From NCBI GenBank assembly GCA_963657995.1, contig CAVKOQ010000001.1, forward strand, positions 471 to 64,470: a stretch of DNA of 64,000 nt, read 5' to 3'. The position numbers were made by a program, and so were the translations under genes. Each line of letters starts with the position of its first letter. Position 1 is the first letter of the stretch. This stretch comes from a bacterium. GTDB lineage: Bacteria; Bacillota; Clostridia; Lachnospirales; Lachnospiraceae. The notes under the pieces are model-generated. The model ran no database searches, was not told the DNA's origin, and saw only the letters and a program-made list of their open reading frames with translations. Below are positions 1 to 9,751 of this stretch, piece by piece.

Positions 1-2
1 AT

Positions 3-119
3 CGTGACAAGGCATATCTGATGCCAAAACGGGTTTTCAGAGGTTCTGAGGAACAGATTTTTCTTTCTATGATTACTAAAAATCTTCCTAAAGAAAAGAG
101 AAGAGGAATTCGAGCATGA
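3..119 (+). CDS. C-terminal fragment of an unidentified upstream gene, open to the window edge
   Basis: Frame 3 is open from base 3 to TGA at 117-119. That stop overlaps the tsaE ATG in an ATGA junction. The 38 visible residues carry no recognisable motif. Confidence 0.35.
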   Translation, partial: RDKAYLMPKRVFRGSEEQIFLSMITKNLPKEKRRGIRA

Positions 120-541
120 TAATTGAGACTAACAGCCCTGAGGAGACATATGAATATGGGAAGAAACTTGGCATGCAGGCATCATCCGGTCAGATATACT
201 GTCTGAATGGAGACCTTGGCGTCGGAAAGACTGTATTTACTAAAGGATTTGCTGAAGGACTCGGAATTAAGGACACTGTCAACAGTCCGACATTCACGAT
301 TGTTCAGGAGTATGATGACGGTCGTCTTCCGCTTTATCATTTTGATGTATACCGAATCGGCGATGTTGACGAGATGGATGAAATCGGTTATGAGGATTAC
401 TTTTACGGAGAAGGCGTCTGCCTGATTGAGTGGTCAGAACGTATCAGGGAGATTTTGCCGGAAAATATGACGACCATTACCATTGAAAAAGATCTTGAAA
501 AAGGATTCGATTATCGGAAAATTTCCGTGAATGAGCAGTAG
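116..541 (+). CDS. tsaE: tRNA t6A37 threonylcarbamoyladenosine biosynthesis ATPase TsaE
   Basis: 141 aa with P-loop GDLGVGKT, SPTF and HFDVYR motifs typical of TsaE/YjeE. It is followed by tsaB and rimI, as in Firmicutes. Confidence 0.9.
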   Translation: MIIETNSPEETYEYGKKLGMQASSGQIYCLNGDLGVGKTVFTKGFAEGLGIKDTVNSPTFTIVQEYDDGRLPLYHFDVYRIGDVDEMDEIGYEDYFYGEGVCLIEWSERIREILPENMTTITIEKDLEKGFDYRKISVNEQ

Positions 542-562
542 CCAGATGCAGGAGGTAAGAAA

Positions 563-1312
563 ATGAGAATTTTGGGAATTGAAAGTGCATCGCTGGTGGC
601 ATCGGTTGCGGTTGTTACGGATGATGTTATTACAGCTGAGTATACTGTAAATTTGAAGAAAACACATTCACAGACACTTCTTCCGATGATAGATGAGATT
701 ATGAAAATGCTGGAGATACCACTGGAGAGTATCGATGCGATTGCAGTATCGGGAGGTCCGGGATCTTTTACCGGTCTTCGCATCGGCTCAGCGACAGCCA
801 AGGGGTTGGGACTGGCACTTAAGAAGCCACTTATTCATGTGCCGACTATGGATGCTATGGGGTATTGTCTTTATGGTACGAATGCACTCATCTGTCCGAT
901 GCTTGATGCAAGACGTCAGCAGGTATATACGGGATTGTATCATTATGATGAAAATTTTGAAATTGTCATGGAACAGTGTATTATCGATATACATGAACTG
1001 ATTGATAATTTAAATAATCGTGGTGAACGTGTGATCTTCCTTGGTGACGGTGTGGAAGTTAACCGAAAAATTATAGAAGAAGAGATGAAGGTGCCGTATT
1101 CATTTGCACCGGCACAGGCAAACCGTCAGCGGGCGTCGGCAGTGGCGGCTTTGGGAGAAATATATTTTAAAGAAGGAAAGACAGAGACTGCCGCTGAGCA
1201 TGGACCTGATTATCTGAGAAAATCTCAGGCAGAACGTGAACGCGACGTAGCAGAAAAGCAGGGAGAGCTTGATAAACTGGCGGCCGGTATCGTGGTCGTA
1301 GAAAAAATTTGA
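563..1312 (+). CDS. tsaB: tRNA t6A37 biosynthesis protein TsaB (YeaZ)
   Basis: The N-terminus MRILGIESAS...AVSGGPGSFTGLRIG is the Kae1/YeaZ ASKHA fold signature. An RBS GGAGG lies upstream. Confidence 0.9.
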   Translation: MRILGIESASLVASVAVVTDDVITAEYTVNLKKTHSQTLLPMIDEIMKMLEIPLESIDAIAVSGGPGSFTGLRIGSATAKGLGLALKKPLIHVPTMDAMGYCLYGTNALICPMLDARRQQVYTGLYHYDENFEIVMEQCIIDIHELIDNLNNRGERVIFLGDGVEVNRKIIEEEMKVPYSFAPAQANRQRASAVAALGEIYFKEGKTETAAEHGPDYLRKSQAERERDVAEKQGELDKLAAGIVVVEKI

Positions 1313-1347
1313 TTATGAAATGCTCTTAGAGTGTTATTGGAGAAAAA

Positions 1348-1821
1348 ATGACAATTAGCCGTGAGTTTAAAAAGAAAGTGCAGATTGAAGAATTTCAGCA
1401 GGAACACATTCTGGCTGTTCGTGCCATTGAATTGGAATGTTTTTCAGATGCATGGTCTGAAAATATTTTGAATTCACTTATAGATAGTGGTCTGGATAAA
1501 ACATGGGTGCTAACGGAAGATGCGACTATATGCGGCTATTGTAATTTTCGAATTATAGCCGGAGAGGGTGAGCTGATGCGGATTGCACTCAGCAGTAAGT
1601 ACCGCGGACAGGGTTATGGACGGATTTTGATGGAACAACTACTAGATGAAGCTAAAATAAATGAAATTTGTGATATTACTCTGGAAGTTCGTGCTTCCAA
1701 CATGAAGGCAATAGCATTATACGAGTCATATGGTTTCAAAAAAGAAGCGGTTCGGAAAAATTATTACAGTGATCCTGTAGAAGATGCTGTTATTTATTGG
1801 AGAAGGAAAACTATTCGGTAG
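1348..1821 (+). CDS. rimI: ribosomal-protein-alanine N-acetyltransferase (GNAT)
   Basis: 157 aa GNAT with the acetyl-CoA motif YRGQGYGRILM. It occupies the conserved position after tsaB. Confidence 0.8.
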   Translation: MTISREFKKKVQIEEFQQEHILAVRAIELECFSDAWSENILNSLIDSGLDKTWVLTEDATICGYCNFRIIAGEGELMRIALSSKYRGQGYGRILMEQLLDEAKINEICDITLEVRASNMKAIALYESYGFKKEAVRKNYYSDPVEDAVIYWRRKTIR

Positions 1822-1856
1822 AATGTGTCAAACGGTCATGACATGAAAAGAGGGTA

Positions 1857-1885
1857 TTGACACGAATAACAGAAACGGATATACT
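1857..1885 (+). promoter_or_regulatory. putative sigma-A promoter (TTGACA-17-TATACT) for the ACT-rnz-tsaD-ispD genes
   Basis: TTGACA at 1857-1862, a 17-nt spacer, and TATACT at 1880-1885, in the rimI/ACT intergenic region. Confidence 0.45.
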
Positions 1886-1947
1886 ATTTAGCAAGTAAAA
1901 GCGTAACACTTTACAGTGCTAAATCAAAACAATTACAGGAGGTTTAT

Positions 1948-2352
1948 ATGCTTAGTCAGGTTTCAATTTTCGCAGAAAATAAGAAAGGTCGTTTGCAGAA
2001 TATCACATCCATTCTGCAGAAGGAGAATATTAATATATGGGGTTCGATAACCAATGATAGTGCTGAATATGGTATCGTTCGTATGGTTGTATCAAATCCT
2101 GAACAGGCTGAAAAAGTACTTGTGGACGCAGGCTATCTTTGTCGTCTTACTGAGGTGCTTGGTGTAGAACTCGATGATGAGGTAGGAGCACTTAATAGAC
2201 TTCTTATTTCACTCGAAGAGAGCAATATCAACGTGGACTATCTCTATCTGTCATTCAACCGTGATTCCGGAAAGCCGGTTATGGTTTTACATACGGATGA
2301 TGTCAGAGAGGTAAGCTTTTGCCTGACATCCAAGGGCTACAACGTCCTGTAA
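1948..2352 (+). CDS. ACT domain-containing protein
   Basis: 134 aa. The N-terminus SIFAENKKGRLQNITSIL matches the ACT beta-alpha-beta ligand-binding pattern, and a second ACT-like half follows. RBS AGGAGG. Confidence 0.65.
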   Translation: MLSQVSIFAENKKGRLQNITSILQKENINIWGSITNDSAEYGIVRMVVSNPEQAEKVLVDAGYLCRLTEVLGVELDDEVGALNRLLISLEESNINVDYLYLSFNRDSGKPVMVLHTDDVREVSFCLTSKGYNVL

Positions 2353-2375
2353 CGTATTAGAAAAGAGGATATTTA

Positions 2376-3287
2376 ATGTTAGATTTATGTTTGCTTGGAA
2401 CCGGAGGAATGATGCCACTGCCATACAGGTGGCTGACAGCTTTGATGGTTCGTTGTTCGGGTAGTAATCTTCTGATAGACTGCGGTGAGGGAACTCAGGT
2501 TGCACTTAAAGAGAAGGGATGGAGCCCTAAACCGGTAGATGTGATTTGTTTTACACATTATCATGCAGATCACATCAGTGGGTTGCCTGGACTTTTGCTT
2601 ACGATGGGAAATGCAGAGCGGACTGAACCTGTCACGATGATAGGTCCAAAAGGCTTAGAGCGTGTAGTAAATGCACTGCGAACGATTGCCCCTGAGCTTC
2701 CATTTCAGCTGGAATTTAAGGAAATGACCGAAGCAAGGCATAATTTTCACATCGGACCATATGTGATAGATGCATACCGTGTTAATCACAATGTAACCTG
2801 TTATGGATATGCTGTTTCTATTCCGAGAAAGGGACGCTTTGACGTCGAAAGAGCTAAGGAGTTCGAGATTCCTCAAAAGTTCTGGAGCAGACTGCAAAAG
2901 GGAGAAACGATAGAAGAAGATGGCAGAGTACTGACGCCTGACATGGTGCTTGGAGAAGACAGAAAGGGAATCAAGGTAGCATATTGTACTGATACAAGGC
3001 CACTGCCTGTGATTTCTGAATATGCCAAGGATGCGGATCTCTTTATATGTGAAGGAATGTACGGCGAGGATGGAAAAGAGGCCAAGGCCAAGGAATACAA
3101 GCATATGACATTTCAGGAGGCTGCACATCTTGCCAAGGCGGCAGATCCAAAGGAAATGTGGCTTACACATTATAGCCCATCTCTGACAAGGCCGGATGAT
3201 TATATGGACAAGGTTCGTGAGATATTCCCGAGAGCTAAGGCAGCCAGGGATGGCTGGAGCGTTGAACTGGGATTTGATGAGGAGTAA
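2376..3287 (+). CDS. rnz: ribonuclease Z (tRNA 3' endonuclease)
   Basis: 303 aa with N-terminus [12 protein letters not shown] motif HYHADH, and the RNase Z exosite-bearing architecture. Confidence 0.9.
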   Translation: MLDLCLLGTGGMMPLPYRWLTALMVRCSGSNLLIDCGEGTQVALKEKGWSPKPVDVICFTHYHADHISGLPGLLLTMGNAERTEPVTMIGPKGLERVVNALRTIAPELPFQLEFKEMTEARHNFHIGPYVIDAYRVNHNVTCYGYAVSIPRKGRFDVERAKEFEIPQKFWSRLQKGETIEEDGRVLTPDMVLGEDRKGIKVAYCTDTRPLPVISEYAKDADLFICEGMYGEDGKEAKAKEYKHMTFQEAAHLAKAADPKEMWLTHYSPSLTRPDDYMDKVREIFPRAKAARDGWSVELGFDEE

Positions 3288-3292
3288 GCACG

Positions 3293-4417
3293 ATGCAGAC
3301 AGACGAAATGAAAGAGAATATAAAAGAAAAAAAGGAAGAATCTGGTGATGTGATGGCACCAAATACAGAGACTTCAGGCTGTGAGAGAGAAAAAAAAGAA
3401 GATGATGTCTATATTCTTGCGATAGAGAGTTCGTGTGATGAGACGGCAGCATCGGTTGTGAAAAACGGCAGAACTGTTCTATCCAACATTATATCATCCC
3501 AGATTGATCTTCATACGCTGTTTGGCGGTGTTGTACCGGAGATTGCATCAAGAAAGCATATAGAAAAGATTAACCAGGTTATAGAAGAAGCACTTACAGA
3601 AGCTCATATGACACTGGAAGAGATAACTGCGATTGCGGTTACCTATGGTCCTGGCCTTGTAGGAGCACTTTTGGTTGGTGTGGCAGAGGCAAAGGCATTG
3701 GCTTATGCAGCGAAGAAACCGCTTGTTGGAGTTCATCATATCGAAGGTCACGTGTCGGCCAATTTTATAGAAAATCCTGATCTTGAACCACCGTTTATGT
3801 GTCTTATTGTATCAGGTGGTCATACACATCTGGTTATTGTCAAGGATTATGGCGAATTTGAGATACTGGGACGCACTCGTGACGATGCGGCAGGTGAAGC
3901 CTTTGATAAGGTGGCCAGAGCGGTAGGACTTGGATACCCAGGTGGACCTAAGGTGGATAAGGCAGCAAAAGAGGGAAATCCTCATGCGATTGAATTTCCT
4001 CGTGCAAAGGTTGGAGATAATCCGTATGATTTTAGCTTCAGTGGCCTAAAATCAGCGGTGTTAAACTACATTAATCATGCAAAGATGATGGGCGAAGAGA
4101 TAAATGTTCCTGACCTTGCGGCTTCATTTCAAAATGCTGTTGTGGAGGTGCTGGTATCCCGGACGATTGAGGCAGCTAAAAAACATGGATATAAGAAAGT
4201 TGCGATTGCCGGAGGTGTAGCATCCAATTCGGCTCTTCGCGAAGGTATGGAGAAAGCCTGCAAGGATGCAGGTATTGAATTCTTTCATCCGTCACCTATC
4301 TTTTGTACGGACAATGCGGCAATGATTGGTGCAGCAGCCTATTATGAATATAAGAAGGGGGCACGTGCAGGCTGGGATCTGAATGCTGTGCCAAATCTTA
4401 AGCTGGGAGAGAGATAA
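3293..4417 (+). CDS. tsaD: tRNA N6-adenosine threonylcarbamoyltransferase TsaD
   Basis: Kae1/Gcp signatures [21 protein letters not shown] and GGVASN. GGAG lies 9 nt upstream of the 3293 ATG. About 37 aa of charged N-terminal extension precede the conserved core, so a later start is possible. Confidence 0.9.
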   Translation: MQTDEMKENIKEKKEESGDVMAPNTETSGCEREKKEDDVYILAIESSCDETAASVVKNGRTVLSNIISSQIDLHTLFGGVVPEIASRKHIEKINQVIEEALTEAHMTLEEITAIAVTYGPGLVGALLVGVAEAKALAYAAKKPLVGVHHIEGHVSANFIENPDLEPPFMCLIVSGGHTHLVIVKDYGEFEILGRTRDDAAGEAFDKVARAVGLGYPGGPKVDKAAKEGNPHAIEFPRAKVGDNPYDFSFSGLKSAVLNYINHAKMMGEEINVPDLAASFQNAVVEVLVSRTIEAAKKHGYKKVAIAGGVASNSALREGMEKACKDAGIEFFHPSPIFCTDNAAMIGAAAYYEYKKGARAGWDLNAVPNLKLGER

Positions 4418-4479
4418 GCTGTTATAAGAGAGAGAAAATATCCATTACCAGGGCATTGGCATCATTGAGGATGAAAAGT

Positions 4480-5250
4480 ATGGAATATACATCGAATAAA
4501 TTTGCTGAAAATAAATCCGAAACATCTCGGATAGCTGCTATCGTTCTGGCAGCCGGACAGGGAAAACGGATGAAAAGCAAGATTCAGAAACAATTTCTCC
4601 TTTTGGAAGAAAAACCTGTCATCTGGTATGCACTTCATGCCTTTGAGTCAAGTATGGTGGATGACATTATTTTGGTGACGGGAGCGGATGAAATCTCATA
4701 TTGTGAAAAAGAGATTGTAGAAAAATATGGATTTTCAAAGGTACGAGCCGTTGTCTCGGGCGGAAAAGAGCGTTATCATTCGGTATATGAGGGTTTAAAG
4801 GCAATTGAGAATGCCCTGGCCTATAAAGAGGACGATATAGTGCTGATTCATGACGGTGCACGCCCATTTGTTGATGATGCGATGATTGAACGAATCGTAG
4901 CAGATGTGCGTAGTTGCGGTGCAGCTGTAGCAGGGATGCCGTCAAAGGACACAGTTAAGCTGTCAGATGAAAGCGGTTTTGCTTCTGTAACACCTGATAG
5001 GGCAAAAGTCTGGACGATCCAGACTCCGCAGGGATTTGATTATAGGCTGATTAGAAAAGCATATGACAAGATGATGAGTCACGAAGAATATCAAAATGGC
5101 ATAACGGATGATGCGATGGTGGTCGAGACTATGACCGAACACAAGGTGCGGCTGACTGAAGGAGCGTATCGAAATATCAAGGTCACGACACCAGAAGATA
5201 TGGAAATAGCAACCGCTTTTTTAAGAAAAAATAGAATAAAAAATAAATAA
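4480..5250 (+). CDS. ispD: 2-C-methyl-D-erythritol 4-phosphate cytidylyltransferase
   Basis: AAGQGKRM nucleotide-binding motif plus the IHDGARPF and TPQGF motifs. The ATG at 4480 was chosen because GAGG lies 9 nt upstream. The ORF is open from 4456. Confidence 0.85.
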   Translation: MEYTSNKFAENKSETSRIAAIVLAAGQGKRMKSKIQKQFLLLEEKPVIWYALHAFESSMVDDIILVTGADEISYCEKEIVEKYGFSKVRAVVSGGKERYHSVYEGLKAIENALAYKEDDIVLIHDGARPFVDDAMIERIVADVRSCGAAVAGMPSKDTVKLSDESGFASVTPDRAKVWTIQTPQGFDYRLIRKAYDKMMSHEEYQNGITDDAMVVETMTEHKVRLTEGAYRNIKVTTPEDMEIATAFLRKNRIKNK

Positions 5251-5266
5251 AAAATAAACAAGTCTA

Positions 5267-5296
5267 TTGACAATCCTGGGATTTGTATGATATAGT
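5267..5296 (+). promoter_or_regulatory. putative sigma-A promoter of the rplJL operon (TTGACA-18-TGaTATAGT)
   Basis: TTGACA at 5267-5272 and an extended -10 TGATATAGT ending at 5296. Confidence 0.5.
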
Positions 5297-5299
5297 ACT

Positions 5300-5476
5300 C
5301 CTTGTGTTTAACTGCCGAAGACAGCAGGTGCCGAAAGGCATAAGGATGTAAACGCCTGCCGAGGGAACTGATATAGACGTATATTTCTATCCCTCTGTCT
5401 GACGATTGACAGGGGATTTTTTTTACAGGAACGTTTACCAGGCGGTTATAGAAATAAAACAGGAGGTAAACCATTC
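5300..5476 (+). promoter_or_regulatory. ribosomal protein L10 leader (autoregulatory 5' UTR) containing an attenuator
   Basis: About 180 nt of structured untranslated leader lie between the promoter and rplJ. The position matches the Firmicutes L10 leader. No covariance model was run. Confidence 0.55.
5390..5424 (+). terminator. intrinsic terminator/attenuator inside the L10 leader
   Basis: Stem TCCCTCTGTC / GACAGGGGA (9 bp with 1 bulge) followed by T8, about 50 nt upstream of the rplJ start. Confidence 0.6.
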
Positions 5477-5965
5477 ATGGCAAAAGTTGAATTAAAGCAG
5501 CCTATCGTTGCTGAAATTGCAGAATTATTCAACGGTGCTAAGGGCGCAGTAGTAGTTGACTACCGTGGACTGACAGTTGAGCAGGATACGCAGCTCCGTA
5601 AGCAGTTAAGAGAAGCCGGTGTTACTTATAAAGTATATAAGAACACTATGATTCGCTTCGCTGCAAAAGGTACTGAGTTTGAGGCTCTTGAGGCAAATCT
5701 GGAAGGTCCGACCGCTCTTGCTGTATCTAAAGAGGACGCTACAGCTCCAGCAAGAATTTTAGCTGAGTTCGCTAAGAAAGCTGATAAGCTTGAACTTAAG
5801 GGTGGTGTTGTAGAGGGTACCTACTATGATGAGAAGGGTATTCAGGTTATTGCAACTATCCCGTCCAGAGAAGTTCTTCTTGGAAAACTTCTTGGAAGCA
5901 TGCAGTCTCCGATCACAAACTTTGCTCGTGTTATCAAACAGATCGCAGAGCAGCAGGAGGCATAA
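5477..5965 (+). CDS. rplJ: 50S ribosomal protein L10
   Basis: 162 aa. The N-terminus VVDYRGLTVEQDTQLRKQLREAGV is the canonical L10 motif. RBS AGGAGG. Confidence 0.95.
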   Translation: MAKVELKQPIVAEIAELFNGAKGAVVVDYRGLTVEQDTQLRKQLREAGVTYKVYKNTMIRFAAKGTEFEALEANLEGPTALAVSKEDATAPARILAEFAKKADKLELKGGVVEGTYYDEKGIQVIATIPSREVLLGKLLGSMQSPITNFARVIKQIAEQQEA

Positions 5966-6070
5966 GCTCCTTACCTGCAAGGCAGGACAAAGGATGCGTG
6001 AAAGCCGCATAGAAAATTTGAGAGCCGCATAAGGCTGATTTAAAAATTATTCAATAGGAGGAATATTAAA

Positions 6071-6442
6071 ATGGCAAAGTTAACAACAGCTGAGTTCATT
6101 GAAGCTATTAAAGAATTATCCGTATTAGAGTTAAACGATTTAGTAAAAGCTTGCGAGGAAGAGTTCGGTGTATCCGCAGCAGCAGGCGTTGTTGTAGCAG
6201 CAGCAGGTGCAGCTGAGGCAGCTGAAGAGAAGACTGAGTTCGACGTAGAGCTGACAGAGGTTGGCCCGAACAAAGTTAAAGTTATCAAAGTAGTTCGTGA
6301 AGCTACAGGTCTTGGTCTGAAAGAGGCTAAGGAAGTAGTTGACGGTGCTCCGAAGGTAGTTAAGGCTGGCGCTTCTAAGGAAGAGGCTGAGGACATCAAG
6401 ACTAAATTAGAGGCTGAGGGTGCTAAAGTTACTCTTAAGTAA
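6071..6442 (+). CDS. rplL: 50S ribosomal protein L7/L12
   Basis: 123 aa with an Ala-rich hinge and the C-terminal domain [26 protein letters not shown]. Confidence 0.95.
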   Translation: MAKLTTAEFIEAIKELSVLELNDLVKACEEEFGVSAAAGVVVAAAGAAEAAEEKTEFDVELTEVGPNKVKVIKVVREATGLGLKEAKEVVDGAPKVVKAGASKEEAEDIKTKLEAEGAKVTLK

Positions 6443-6478
6443 TTCTAATAATACCTTAAAACTGATTGCATTACAAAT

Positions 6479-6519
6479 GAAGATCCGGTGTGTGCTTTGG
6501 CACATATCGGATCTTTTTG
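6479..6519 (+). terminator. intrinsic terminator after rplL
   Basis: 15-bp stem AGATCCGGTGTGTGC / GCACATATCGGATCT (two G-U pairs) followed by a T-run. Confidence 0.75.
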
Positions 6520-6543
6520 CTGTATAGAGCTTTTTCTTCTGGG

Positions 6544-6572
6544 TTGAGAAACTGCATCGCTTGTGATAAAAT
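6544..6572 (+). promoter_or_regulatory. putative sigma-A promoter for ung (TTGAGA-17-TAAAAT)
   Basis: Hexamers at 6544-6549 and 6567-6572 with a 17-nt spacer. Confidence 0.4.
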
Positions 6573-6621
6573 AAATCTGTTTAAAAAAAGACAACAATGA
6601 TACTTATGAGAGGACATAGCG

Positions 6622-7296
6622 ATGGGAGCAATCAGCAACGACTGGCTGACTCCGCTAAGCGGAGAATTTAAAGATCCGTATTACAGAAAATTATATGATA
6701 CTGTGAAACGGGAATATGAAACACATGTAGTATATCCTGATGCAAATGATATTTTTAATGCATTCGATTTTACTCCTCTTTCTGAGGTAAAAGTGGTGAT
6801 TTTGGGTCAGGATCCGTATCATGGACCGGGTCAGGCACACGGACTTTGCTTTTCGGTAAAGCCTGACGTTGACATACCACCGTCTTTGGTTAATATTTAT
6901 CAGGAATTACATGATGATCTTGGCTGTTACATCCCCAATAATGGCTACCTTACAAAATGGGCCAAGCAGGGGGTCATGCTTTTGAATACAGTACTTACTG
7001 TACGAGCACATCAGGCTAATTCACATAAGGGAATTGGCTGGGAGAGGTTCACTGATGCAGCCATAAGAATTTTAAATGAACAGGATCGCCCTATAGTGTT
7101 TATCCTATGGGGACGGCCGGCACAGGCAAAGAAAAGTATGCTTAATAATCCTAAACATTTGATATTGGAGGCACCACATCCGAGTCCGTTGTCTGCGTAT
7201 CGCGGATTTTTTGGCAGCCGTCCATTCAGCAAGACCAATGATTTCTTGGTAAATCATGGTGTTGCTCCTATAGACTGGCAGATAGAGAACGTGTAG
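6622..7296 (+). CDS. ung: uracil-DNA glycosylase (family 1)
   Basis: GQDPYH water-activating loop and the HPSPLSA leucine-loop motif. Confidence 0.95.
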   Translation: MGAISNDWLTPLSGEFKDPYYRKLYDTVKREYETHVVYPDANDIFNAFDFTPLSEVKVVILGQDPYHGPGQAHGLCFSVKPDVDIPPSLVNIYQELHDDLGCYIPNNGYLTKWAKQGVMLLNTVLTVRAHQANSHKGIGWERFTDAAIRILNEQDRPIVFILWGRPAQAKKSMLNNPKHLILEAPHPSPLSAYRGFFGSRPFSKTNDFLVNHGVAPIDWQIENV

Positions 7297-7326
7297 GTTA
7301 TTCTGCACGGATGAGAAGGAGAAAAC

Positions 7327-8166
7327 ATGAGTTTTGTCGAAATTTTAAAAGTAATCGTACTGGGAATCGTGGAAGGTTTTACGGAATGGCTTCCGATAAG
7401 TAGTACCGGTCATATGATTTTAGTAGATGAGATTATTCATCTGGATGTCAGTGAGGCATACCGTGAAGTTTTTATGGTTGTTATACAGTTAGGAGCCATA
7501 CTGGCAGTTATGCTTCTCTATTTCAATAAGCTGAATCCGTTTTCACCAAGAAAATCGGCAGGACAGAAACGTGCTACGATAAGACTATGGATGAAAATAG
7601 TTGTTGCCTGCATACCGGCGGCAGTGATTGGCCTTCCGCTTGACCATTTCATGGATAAGCTTATGAATGGTTACGTGGTAGCTGCGATGCTTATTTTATA
7701 TGGTGTACTGTTTATAGTACTGGAAAATCGAAACGCAGAGAGAAGTTTTTCAATTGAACGAGTAACTCAGATTTCTTTTCAGACAGCAGCTTTGATCGGC
7801 TGTTTTCAGGTGCTGGCGATGATCCCGGGAACGTCACGATCAGGTGCAACCATCCTCGGAGCCATGCTTATAGGCTGTTCACGTCCGGCAGCAGCTGAGT
7901 TTTCATTTTTCTTGGGAATTCCGGTCATGTTTGGTGCAAGCCTGTTGAAAATACTTAAGTTTTTTATACAGGGTGGCGGATTTTCCTTTGCAGAGTTTAT
8001 ATATCTGATTCTGGGTATGTTAGTCGCATTTGCAGTATCCGTATACTCGATCAAGTTTTTGATGGGGTATGTGCGGAAGCATGATTTCAAATTTTTCGGA
8101 TATTACAGGATAGTGCTTGGTATAGTAGTATTATCTTATTTTGGTATTTCTGCTCTCGTTGGATGA
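7327..8166 (+). CDS. uppP: undecaprenyl-diphosphate phosphatase (BacA/UppP)
   Basis: Polytopic membrane protein with the [14 protein letters not shown] and [10 protein letters not shown] motifs. Confidence 0.9.
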   Translation: MSFVEILKVIVLGIVEGFTEWLPISSTGHMILVDEIIHLDVSEAYREVFMVVIQLGAILAVMLLYFNKLNPFSPRKSAGQKRATIRLWMKIVVACIPAAVIGLPLDHFMDKLMNGYVVAAMLILYGVLFIVLENRNAERSFSIERVTQISFQTAALIGCFQVLAMIPGTSRSGATILGAMLIGCSRPAAAEFSFFLGIPVMFGASLLKILKFFIQGGGFSFAEFIYLILGMLVAFAVSVYSIKFLMGYVRKHDFKFFGYYRIVLGIVVLSYFGISALVG

Positions 8167-8226
8167 TGGTGCTATTTGAGGCCGTTGCCGTGATACTGCC
8201 AGGAAGTTATAAATTGAGGAAATAAT

Positions 8227-9552
8227 ATGGATTTATTTGATTATATGCGAAATAACACTATCGAGCGGGAAGCCCCTCTTGCCTCCAGACTTCGCCCGTC
8301 TACACTGGATGAAGTGGTAGGACAGAAGCATATCATAGGTAAGGATAAGCTCTTATATAGGGCGATCAAGGCTGATAAACTTGGCTCTTTGATTTTTTAT
8401 GGGCCTCCGGGTACCGGTAAAACTACACTTGCCAGGGTTATTGCCAATACAACGAGTGCTGGATTTGAGCAGCTCAATGCGACTGTGGCCGGAAAAAAAG
8501 ATATGGAACAGGTGGTGCAGAATGCCAAGGATTCCTTGGGAATGTACGGAAAACGCACCATACTTTTCATCGATGAGATTCACCGTTTCAATAAAGGGCA
8601 GCAGGACTATCTTCTGCCATTTGTTGAGGATGGCACGATTATTCTGATAGGTGCGACAACTGAAAATCCATATTTTGAGGTCAATGGTGCACTTATTTCG
8701 AGATCGCGTATTTTTGAATTAAAACCATTGGAAAATTCGGATATCAAGGAACTTTTGGAACGGGCAATCAGTGATAAAGATAAAGGTATGGGAAGCTATC
8801 GTGCTACAGCTACAGACGAGGCACTGGATTTCCTTTCTGATATGGCGGGCGGTGATGCCAGAGCTGCACTCAATGCCATTGAGCTTGGCATACTTACGAC
8901 CAACAGAAGCGATGATGGAATTATTCATATCACTCTAGATGTGGCACAGGAATGTATCCAGAGACGTGCGGTCAAGTATGATAAGACCGGAGACAATCAT
9001 TATGATACGATCTCAGCGTTCATCAAGAGTATGAGAGGAACAGATCCTGATGCTGCGGTATATTATCTGGCTAAGATGATTGATGCAGGCGAGGATGTCA
9101 AATTTATTGCAAGACGAATCATGATATGTGCATCAGAAGATGTCGGAAACGCGGATCCTCAGGCACTTCAGGTTGCGGTCAGTGCTGCCCTTGCAGCCGA
9201 GAGAATCGGTTTGCCTGAAGCGAGGATTATACTTTCACAGGCAGCCACCTATGTTGCAAGTGCACCAAAAAGCAATGCGGCTTGCGTTGCTATAGATGAG
9301 GCACAGGAAGCGGTTAAGATGAAGGGCAATTTCAGCGTTCCGGCACATCTTCGCGACAGGCATTACAGTGGGGCAGAAAAACTGGGGCATGGTGACGGCT
9401 ATAAATATGCACACAATTATCCGAATCACTATGTCGAACAGCAATATCTCCCTGACGGTCTTGTGGGTAGCAGATTTTACCGGCCGTCAGATAATGGATA
9501 TGAAAAGAAGATCAGTGAATGGCTTCGTTTTTTGAAATCGAATGATGCTTGA
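8227..9552 (+). CDS. rarA: replication-associated recombination protein A (AAA+ ATPase MgsA/RarA)
   Basis: Walker A GPPGTGKTT, Walker B FIDEIHRFNK and the MgsA C-terminal domain. Confidence 0.9.
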   Translation: MDLFDYMRNNTIEREAPLASRLRPSTLDEVVGQKHIIGKDKLLYRAIKADKLGSLIFYGPPGTGKTTLARVIANTTSAGFEQLNATVAGKKDMEQVVQNAKDSLGMYGKRTILFIDEIHRFNKGQQDYLLPFVEDGTIILIGATTENPYFEVNGALISRSRIFELKPLENSDIKELLERAISDKDKGMGSYRATATDEALDFLSDMAGGDARAALNAIELGILTTNRSDDGIIHITLDVAQECIQRRAVKYDKTGDNHYDTISAFIKSMRGTDPDAAVYYLAKMIDAGEDVKFIARRIMICASEDVGNADPQALQVAVSAALAAERIGLPEARIILSQAATYVASAPKSNAACVAIDEAQEAVKMKGNFSVPAHLRDRHYSGAEKLGHGDGYKYAHNYPNHYVEQQYLPDGLVGSRFYRPSDNGYEKKISEWLRFLKSNDA

Positions 9553-9751
9553 AATTTGAAAAATATTTGTTTATAATAATTCTTAAATCTAAAGTTTGTC
9601 AGACAGGCGTTCGCCTGTTTGACTATACGTGTATATTAGCTATTCAAGACTTAAGGTCGGCTCTATTTGCACGTTTCTTGTTTCGTAGGAATATTCTGAT
9701 TTTTTAATCCCAGACATTATCACAAAATTTAACAGCATAAGGAGAGAATAT

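Noticed and set aside
3293-3403. Charged 37-aa N-terminal extension of TsaD as a novel domain
   Set aside because: It may simply reflect uncertainty about the start codon, since an in-frame ATG exists at 3353. It is low-complexity K/E-rich sequence and gives insufficient grounds for a functional claim.
2655-3452. 265-aa ORF on the - strand overlapping rnz and the tsaD start
   Set aside because: It is antisense to two strongly supported genes and has no recognisable motifs or RBS.
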